This document shows positions 57,565-64,000 of a stretch of 64,000 nt of DNA, one piece after another. The DNA comes from an uncultured Desulfovibrionaceae bacterium. Its GTDB lineage: Bacteria > Desulfobacterota > Desulfovibrionia > Desulfovibrionales > Desulfovibrionaceae. The position numbers and the translations under genes are program-made. Each line of letters starts with the position of its first letter. Position 1 is the stretch's first letter. The stretch covers positions 13,549-77,548 of the forward strand of contig CAYJFB010000003.1 in assembly GCA_964369685.1 (NCBI GenBank). The letters are read 5' to 3'. The notes below the pieces were generated by a model. That model had not been told where the DNA came from. It made no database searches and worked only from the letters and a program-made list of their open reading frames with translations.

Positions 57565-59559
57565 GTGAGTCGCAGACCTGAAATTCTTGCCCCTGCGGGG
57601 GATATGAAATCGTTTTTGGCGGCCTTGGCGGCCGGTGCCGATGCCGTGTATATGGGGTTAAAGCACTTTTCGGCACGAATGCAGGCCGACAACTTCAGTA
57701 CCGCAGAGGTTGCTCGCGCTTTGGAATTGGCTGAAGCCGAAGGACGACGTGTATATATTGCTTTTAATACAATGATGAAGCCCAATGACGTGTCTGCGGC
57801 AGGACGATTGATTGCACGATTGGCACAAGAGGCGCCTGTACACGCTTTGATTGTACAAGATATCGGCACATTACAATTAGCGCGTCAGGCAGGGTTTACG
57901 GGGAGTTTGTATTTATCGACATTGGCAAACATCACTCACCCTGCGGCCTTGCAGAGTGCCATGGATTTGGGAGCTGAACGTGTGATTGTACCGCGTGAGC
58001 TTTCTATTGACGAAATCCGACAAGTTGATGCGGCATGCCCGGATGGCTTGGATTTTGAAATGTTTATCCACGGTGCTTTGTGTTGGGCGGTTTCAGGGCG
58101 CTGTTATTGGTCGAGTTATATGGGCGGTAAGAGCAGTTTGCGCGGACGCTGTGTACAACCGTGTCGGCGAATGTATCGTCAAGAAAAACACGTTGGGCGT
58201 GGTTTTTCGTGTTTGGATTTATCGCTTGACGTGTTGGTTCGTTCTACAGCGGACATGCCGCATTTGGCTTCATGGAAAATTGAAGGCCGAAAAAAAGGAC
58301 CGCACTATGTGTATCATGTCGTCAGCGCATATAAAATTTTGCGTGATGAAGGTGAGGATTCCAAAGCTCGCAAAGAAGCCGTGCGCATTTTGGAAATGTC
58401 GCTTGGACGTCCTACCACTCGTGCGCATTTTCTTCCCCAGCGCGACAGTGCGCCCACAAAGGCCGATACACAAACCGCTTCAGGGTTGCTTGTCGGTAAA
58501 GTGCATACAGACGCCCAAACAGGCAAGCCCTCTTTTCGCCCACACATTGAATTGCTCCACGGCGACTATCTGCGCGTCGGTTATGAAGATGAAAAATGGC
58601 ATGCAAACGTGCCTGTGACGCGCCGTACACCCAAAGCAGGCACCTTTTTCTTGCGTCTTGAACGGCATAAAACGCCGAAAGCAGGGACACCTGTTTTTCT
58701 GATAGACCGCCGTGAGCCGGAAATGCAACGATTGTTGCAAACATGGCAACAACGTTTGGATCAATGCTCTGTTCGTAAATCAAAAGACGTTGCAGCTTTC
58801 GTGCCGACACTGCCGCAAGCACGACATAAAAAAGGACGCCGCCCCGATATGATCGTTCGTGCAAGCGTACCACAAGGCACAGACAATCGGCGTACCCGTA
58901 GCAGTGTGCATGGTTTATGGTTGACGCCACGTGTTGTACGTGAAATCTCACGCACACTTGCACCGACCATTGCCTGGTGGCTTCCACCTGTTATTTGGCC
59001 GAACGAAGAAAACATGTGGCAACGGATTGTCACTGAAGCGTTACGCAACGGCGGCAAACATTTTGTGTGTAACGCGCCCTGGCAGGTTGGATTATTCAGT
59101 CATTGGCGGCAACGTGAACAGTTGGATCTTATTGCAGGACCTTTTTGTAACCTGTCAAACGCTTTTGCGCTTGCAGCGGTTGAGCAGATGGGGTTTTCTG
59201 CTGCGTTTGTCAGTCCTGAATTGAATCGTGAGGATTTTTTACAGCTTCCGACACAAAGCCCCATTCCGCTCGGTGCTGTACTTTCAGGCTTTTGGCCGGT
59301 GGCTGTAGGACGCCATCAACCGACACAAATTCGTGACAATTCAGCCTTTCAAAGTCCAAAAGGTGAACAATTTTGGACACACACCTATGGGCAAAACACA
59401 TGGCTTTATCCCGCATGGCCGATGGATCTGAGCGAAAAACGTCATGAACTCGAACAGGCAGGGTATGCCTTTTTTGCCACATTGGAAGAACACACACCAA
59501 AAAATCTTCCCACAAGCAACCGCCCCGGGTTGTTCAACTGGGAAGGTACACTGCTTTAG
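57565..59559 (+). CDS. U32-family protein (long form)
   Basis: EILAPAGDMKSFLAALAAGADAVYMG and the Cys cluster CWAVSGRCYWSSYMGGKSSLRGRCVQPC are typical of the U32 family. The start codon is GTG. Confidence 0.85.
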   Translation: MSRRPEILAPAGDMKSFLAALAAGADAVYMGLKHFSARMQADNFSTAEVARALELAEAEGRRVYIAFNTMMKPNDVSAAGRLIARLAQEAPVHALIVQDIGTLQLARQAGFTGSLYLSTLANITHPAALQSAMDLGAERVIVPRELSIDEIRQVDAACPDGLDFEMFIHGALCWAVSGRCYWSSYMGGKSSLRGRCVQPCRRMYRQEKHVGRGFSCLDLSLDVLVRSTADMPHLASWKIEGRKKGPHYVYHVVSAYKILRDEGEDSKARKEAVRILEMSLGRPTTRAHFLPQRDSAPTKADTQTASGLLVGKVHTDAQTGKPSFRPHIELLHGDYLRVGYEDEKWHANVPVTRRTPKAGTFFLRLERHKTPKAGTPVFLIDRREPEMQRLLQTWQQRLDQCSVRKSKDVAAFVPTLPQARHKKGRRPDMIVRASVPQGTDNRRTRSSVHGLWLTPRVVREISRTLAPTIAWWLPPVIWPNEENMWQRIVTEALRNGGKHFVCNAPWQVGLFSHWRQREQLDLIAGPFCNLSNAFALAAVEQMGFSAAFVSPELNREDFLQLPTQSPIPLGAVLSGFWPVAVGRHQPTQIRDNSAFQSPKGEQFWTHTYGQNTWLYPAWPMDLSEKRHELEQAGYAFFATLEEHTPKNLPTSNRPGLFNWEGTLL

Positions 59560-59622
59560 TTTTTGGAGGCCGGAGAGGCTTCGCCTTGTAGATGTGAGCT
59601 TTTCCAGAAAAAAGAAAAGAGA

Positions 59623-60624
59623 ATGAATATGATGCAAACACCAACAAAACACTCGACCGGAACAGTATTAAAACGTTTGTTTGAACCTGCCAAAAATCCA
59701 GTGTTGCATACTCCAAAAACATGTTTACAAGCGTGGTGGCAAGCGTGTCGGCCACCATTGTTTATTGTTGATTTAATACCGCTCATTTTGGCTTTGCTGC
59801 TTGCTGTGCGGAACGAACACGGCCTGCTTCCCGTAGAGCAATGGCCTTGGTTACGCTTTTTTATGATTTTGATTGGTTGTTTTATGGTACATACCATTGC
59901 AAATATAGCCAATGACGTTTTTGATTATGCTCTCGGAACAGATACCGATGATACTATTGGCGGTTCAAGAGTGATTCATGAGGGCAAACTCAGTCCGCGG
60001 GCATTGACTTTTGCACTTGCGTTGCTCAGTCTTGGTGCATTGTTTGTCGGCATGTGGTTGATTGCCGAAACAGGGCAACTGTGGCTGTACGGAGTGATGA
60101 TTTTTTCTTTACTTTCAGCGCTTTTTTATGTGGCACCACCTATTAAATACGGTTACCATGGCTATGGTGAACTTTCTGTGGCAATCAATATGGGATTGAT
60201 TATGGTTTGTGCGGCACACGCCGTGCTCACCAATCAACTTGCTGTTCAAACGCTTTCTTTTGGCCTTGTTGTGGGGTTGATGGTCGCGGGCATTCTTTAT
60301 TATCAAAGTTTACCGGAAATTGTAACCGATCGTGAAGCAGGAAAAAACACCTTGGCTGTCAAGCTTGGAAAAGTGCGTGCAGAAGGTCTTTTTCAATTAT
60401 GGTGGCCAATCATTTGGCTTATGATTGCCATCTTGTGGTCAACGGGAGTTGTGAGCTGGGTCAGTCTTTTGGGTATATTGAGTTTTCCTTTGTACTGGAG
60501 GGCGTGTCGCCATATTCGCCAGGCGACAGACTGGCTTGAATTGGATCAACACGGACACTTGATCCGTAAACTCTATCTCTTAAATGGTTTGGCTTTGATT
60601 GTCGGTGTGGCATGGCAAGGCTGA
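59623..60624 (+). CDS. UbiA-superfamily prenyltransferase, MenA-like (1,4-dihydroxy-2-naphthoate polyprenyltransferase candidate)
   Basis: A polytopic protein with NIANDVFDYALGTD (NDxxDxxxD-type motif) and YQSLPEIVTDREAGKNTLAV. The start is taken at MNMMQT. Confidence 0.75.
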   Translation: MNMMQTPTKHSTGTVLKRLFEPAKNPVLHTPKTCLQAWWQACRPPLFIVDLIPLILALLLAVRNEHGLLPVEQWPWLRFFMILIGCFMVHTIANIANDVFDYALGTDTDDTIGGSRVIHEGKLSPRALTFALALLSLGALFVGMWLIAETGQLWLYGVMIFSLLSALFYVAPPIKYGYHGYGELSVAINMGLIMVCAAHAVLTNQLAVQTLSFGLVVGLMVAGILYYQSLPEIVTDREAGKNTLAVKLGKVRAEGLFQLWWPIIWLMIAILWSTGVVSWVSLLGILSFPLYWRACRHIRQATDWLELDQHGHLIRKLYLLNGLALIVGVAWQG

Positions 60625-60911
60625 TTCATTGGGAAAAAAACTTGACGTCTCGGCGAAAACAGGCTATGAATCTCCTTTCCTGCCATCAAGAAACCGCAGG
60701 GTTATTTTGTTATGCCGTATCTTTGAAAAAAAGAGTATAAGAGGTTTGACAAAAAGGCCTTGGCGACGAGTTGTTTTTCAATTTTCATTTTTCGTTGTGT
60801 CGTATGGCAAGATTGCCTGATTCAGGAGTGGTTCACCGAGGAAAATGTTTTTCGGTGTGGAGGCAATGCCTCAAAATGTTACATCAATAATGCTTTTATT
60901 TGGAGGAGAAC

Positions 60912-61181
60912 GTGGCTAACCATAAATCTGCCATCAAGCGCCACAAGCAAAGTGTCAAGCGCGCCGCACGCAATCGTGCTGCCAAAACCCGTATCCGTAA
61001 CGTCATTAAAGATGTTCGTGCAGCCATTAAAGCCAACGATACGGAAAAAGCCAATCAACTGCTCGTTGAAGCAACCTCGACCGTTGATCGCGCTGCCACA
61101 AAAGGCGTGTTGCATTGGAAAACAGCTGCCCGTAAAATTTCTCGCCTTGCCAAGGCTGTGAACGGAACCAAAGCTGAATAA
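60912..61181 (+). CDS. rpsT: 30S ribosomal protein S20
   Basis: The GTG start follows [29 protein letters not shown]. Confidence 0.93.
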   Translation: MANHKSAIKRHKQSVKRAARNRAAKTRIRNVIKDVRAAIKANDTEKANQLLVEATSTVDRAATKGVLHWKTAARKISRLAKAVNGTKAE

Positions 61182-61186
61182 TTTTT

Positions 61187-61211
61187 GAGGGGCGAAAGCC
61201 CCTCTTTTTTT
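61187..61211 (+). terminator. Canonical intrinsic terminator after rpsT
   Basis: GAGGGGC-GAAA-GCCCCTC followed by TTTTTTT. Confidence 0.9.
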
Positions 61212-61494
61212 ATATATACAAGTATAATATAAATATATATCATTTTTTGCATGATCTCATGATCTCCTATTATACCATTCTTTTTATTAAAAACGTACCC
61301 TTATATTGTTTTTCTTGTTCGCGCTTTTCTTGTCTTTTTCTTTTTTTTACACATTATGATGTGTGTCTTTTCTGAGAAATACTCCTTTTTCATCTTGTTT
61401 TTTATAGTCTTTCATGTGAGTCTGAAGTCTATGGATCATTGTTGTACTGTTGTTTTTTCTTATTTCTGTACATTTTTAACAATGAGGTATAATC

Positions 61495-62553
61495 ATGAAG
61501 AAGATTTTGATATTGGCCATGATGTTTTTCATAGGCTCAAGCTGTTTGGCACAAGCCGAAACTCTGCGCCTTCTCACATGGAAAGGGTATGCGCCTCAAG
61601 CCTTGGTTGAAAAATTTGAAAAGGAAACAGGCATCACTGTTGAAGTCACTCTTTCAAACAACGAAGAAATCATTGCCAAACTGCGTGCAACTCGCGGTGC
61701 GGGATTTGACCTTGTGCAGCCAAGCCAAGACCGCATTTCTTCGGTTCAAGCTGCATACGGCCTTTATCAGCCCTTTGACTATAGCAAAATTGACTCCACA
61801 CTCTTTATTCCTTCCATGCTTGAAGCCGTCAAAAAAAATACACTTGTTGACGGGAACTCCTATGCTGTGCCTTTTTGTTGGGGGACATCAGGGTTGATCG
61901 TCAATATGGACAAAGCTCAAGGCGTAGATTCTTACAATGCCCTGCTTGATCCTAAGTATACAGGCCGTGTGAGTTATCGGCTAAAACGTCCGACATTGAT
62001 TGCTCTTGCCTTTGCTTCGGGGTACGATCCGTTTGCTCTTTATGCAGATACAGTCAAATACCAAGCCATGCTCGATGATTTGGAACAAAAGATGATTGCC
62101 GGCAAACCCATCGTCAAAAATTATTGGGCAAACGGCGACGCGTTGCTTGAATCCATGCGTTCTGATGAAGTGTACGTTGCAATGGCGTGGGATAACGGCG
62201 GTTGGAAACTGCACTCCGAAAATCCCGCAATTGATTTTAAAGCTCCCAAAGAAGGCGCTCTTGGGTGGATTGATACATTTGCCATTCCTGCGAAGGCCAA
62301 AAATACAGAAGCCGCCTACAAATGGATCAACTTTATGTTGAGCCCTCAAAACGCAGGCTACTTTACTTCACAAGAATCCACTCCGACAGCCTCGGCAAAC
62401 GCCAACCAATATGTAGAGCCGACCATCCGTGCAAACTTTGAACGCTCATTTCCTGAAGCCGCAATTAACAATATTAAATGGTATCCACCTGTTCCGGCTG
62501 AAATAGAAGCCATGGAAGGCAAAACACTTGATAAGGTTAAAGCCGCACGCTAG
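61495..62553 (+). CDS. Periplasmic polyamine (spermidine/putrescine)-type ABC substrate-binding protein, PotD/PotF family
   Basis: A signal peptide MKKILILAMMFFIGSSCLA, then LLTWKGYAP, GAGFDLVQPSQ and WDNGGW. Confidence 0.8.
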   Translation: MKKILILAMMFFIGSSCLAQAETLRLLTWKGYAPQALVEKFEKETGITVEVTLSNNEEIIAKLRATRGAGFDLVQPSQDRISSVQAAYGLYQPFDYSKIDSTLFIPSMLEAVKKNTLVDGNSYAVPFCWGTSGLIVNMDKAQGVDSYNALLDPKYTGRVSYRLKRPTLIALAFASGYDPFALYADTVKYQAMLDDLEQKMIAGKPIVKNYWANGDALLESMRSDEVYVAMAWDNGGWKLHSENPAIDFKAPKEGALGWIDTFAIPAKAKNTEAAYKWINFMLSPQNAGYFTSQESTPTASANANQYVEPTIRANFERSFPEAAINNIKWYPPVPAEIEAMEGKTLDKVKAAR

Positions 62554-62610
62554 AATATTTTAGATTAACGTTGTTTTCGTATCGTTTGTTGAACGTTTTT
62601 TTTCATATGC

Positions 62611-62654
62611 ACGGGTATTGAGGGTATATACACTCAATACCCGTGTATTTTTTT
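62611..62654 (+). terminator. Canonical intrinsic terminator after the PotD-like gene
   Basis: ACGGGTATTGAG-N10-CTCAATACCCGT followed by GTATTTTTTT. Confidence 0.88.
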
Positions 62655-62844
62655 GAGGATAGACGTTATTCTCTGCTCCGCAATCGACTTTTGGAGTAGA
62701 TATCAAGAAATAAGATGTTTTTTACAAAAAATAAAGCCTTTATAGTGATATAATATAAATCAAATGAAGATAAACCTTCTTTATTTATAAGGATTATGGC
62801 TGATGAATAGCTTGTATATAGCATCTTGTTTCTGTAAAATACTT

Positions 62845-63318
62845 TTATGATGCATGGCATCCGTCGATCAATGTAGCTATGATAGGTTTTTTATTCATTT
62901 GTTCTTTATTTTTTGAACATTCTGCCAGAGATTGCAATGTGACGTTGTTTACATAGTTTAAAATACATTGATGAAGCCCTTGCCAAAAATCCATAGTAGG
63001 GCAAATATCTTTACGAACACAGCTTGGAGGAACTGTATTTAGGCATGCAACAGGTGCCAAGGATCCTTCAGTAACATGTAAAATTTCACCGGCTGTATAC
63101 TCTGAAGGCTTTTTGGCTAATTTGTAGCCGCCTTGCGGACCGCGAACACTCAGCAATAAACCGGATCGTCGCAGTGCACCGGCTATTTGTTCAAGATATT
63201 TTACAGAAAGTCCTTGTTTTTTTGCAACTTCGTCTAAAGTGATGTAGTCCTCAGAGGCACAAAGAGCCAATTCAATCATTAAACGTAGCGCGTATCTTCC
63301 TTTTGTTGAAATTTTCAT
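62845..63318 (-). CDS. Rrf2-family transcriptional regulator (three-Cys, Fe-S-type)
   Basis: MKISTKGRYALRLMIELA and CLNTVPPSCVRKDICP. Confidence 0.9.
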   Translation of the reverse strand: MKISTKGRYALRLMIELALCASEDYITLDEVAKKQGLSVKYLEQIAGALRRSGLLLSVRGPQGGYKLAKKPSEYTAGEILHVTEGSLAPVACLNTVPPSCVRKDICPTMDFWQGLHQCILNYVNNVTLQSLAECSKNKEQMNKKPIIATLIDGCHAS

Positions 63319-63587
63319 GTATCCTCCTATAGAAAATGCAAAAGTGTCTAGTATCTAAAAATTTTTTTAACGGTCTGAAAAGTATGTTATATTTTAAAAA
63401 TATCACATTGTAACCGTGGTCTAAAAGTTGTTAAATTCTTTCTTGCTTTATAGACAGATCTTAGAGCTTGTGTCAATCGGTAAAGGATTTTTTATGGATA
63501 CTTATTTTCATTTCTCCTATTTTTGTGTATCAAATGGTTTTTTGAGTTTTCGTTTTTAACCATATTGATGTGAAAGAAAAGAGAGCC

Positions 63588-64000
63588 ATGATGAATGATA
63601 TATCTTTTTTATTGAGTGATGACGCTACAGGGACTGCACGAGCGAGAAAGCAGAAACCGTTATGTGTGTTTTTTGGTGATTCCATTTGTTTTGGTTATGG
63701 TGTGCGGCGTGAAGAGCGGTGGATCAACCTGTTAGAACAAAAAATGTTGCATTGGCGTTTTGTGAATGCGGGTTGTTGTGGTGATACGACGATTGATGCT
63801 TTAAAGCGTATGGAAAATGATGTTGAACGTCGTAAACCGGATATTTTGTATGTGCAATTTGGGTTGAATGATTGCAGTGCATGGCAATCTGGTGACAAAA
63901 CGTTAGTGTCTCCTGAAACATATTCTAACAATATGTTTCAATTGGTTTCTCGTGGGTTAAGGTGCGGTGCACAACGGGTGATTCTTGCAAGCAACCATGC
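63588..64000 (+). CDS. SGNH/GDSL-family hydrolase, N-terminal fragment (3-prime end lies outside the window)
   Basis: Hand translation gives MMNDISF...VFFGDSICFGYG (block I), NAGCCGDTT (block II) and QFGLNDC (block III). The frame is open to the window end, so it is absent from the ORF track. Confidence 0.8.
   Translation, partial: MMNDISFLLSDDATGTARARKQKPLCVFFGDSICFGYGVRREERWINLLEQKMLHWRFVNAGCCGDTTIDALKRMENDVERRKPDILYVQFGLNDCSAWQSGDKTLVSPETYSNNMFQLVSRGLRCGAQRVILASNH

Overview
This window looks like a mostly core chromosomal segment from a Desulfovibrionaceae-type sulfate reducer. That assignment is an inference from gene content and order, not a database hit.

Genes, left to right:
- a 3-prime fragment of a phosphofructokinase gene
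- a solitary AddA/RecB-like helicase-nuclease, followed by a membrane-anchored unknown protein
- a PTS-EIIC::EAL fusion gene that runs directly into a dhaK-dhaL-dhaM(EIIA)-HPr dihydroxyacetone kinase operon
- a complete minus-strand CO-type, group-4 energy-converting [NiFe] hydrogenase cluster in the order cooM-K-L-X-U-H-hypA-cooF
- maf, a DHH/DHHA1 phosphoesterase, a 36-aa basic peptide, an FmdB-type zinc ribbon and purB
- fliG-fliH-fliI
- a four-subunit 2-oxoacid:ferredoxin oxidoreductase
- the classical tRNA(Thr-Tyr-Gly)-tuf-rpmG-tRNA(Trp)-secE-nusG-rplKAJL block, which is not followed by rpoBC
- a DsrE-like protein, ligA, dinB and nifU-nifS
- motA-motB-pilZ, a CYTH protein and a GGDEF-EAL protein
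- an internally repeated protein of unknown function
- argB, a GT9 heptosyltransferase, a ferredoxin-domain protein, a RibD_C-type reductase, an unknown protein, ppiB, a long U32 protein, a MenA-like prenyltransferase, rpsT, an orphan PotD-like binding protein, an Rrf2 regulator and an SGNH hydrolase fragment

I saw no CRISPR array, transposase, integrase or prophage.

Most notable non-standard signals:
1. A family of composite repeats that start immediately after stop codons: a T-tract, a G5/C5 hairpin, a CCCCTTGT box and a long hairpin.
2. The EIIC-EAL gene joined to the dha/PTS operon.
3. A promoter-plus-terminator unit of about 180 nt with no ORF, upstream of the tRNA-tuf operon.
4. Oddities in the coo cluster: a roughly 400-nt internal spacer and a CooX tail containing a 45-nt tandem duplication.
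5. FliH carrying a roughly 270-aa acidic tail.
6. A motAB-pilZ / CYTH / GGDEF-EAL neighbourhood next to AT-rich genes of unknown function.

All calls come from reading the sequence and ORF translations by eye. No searches were run.
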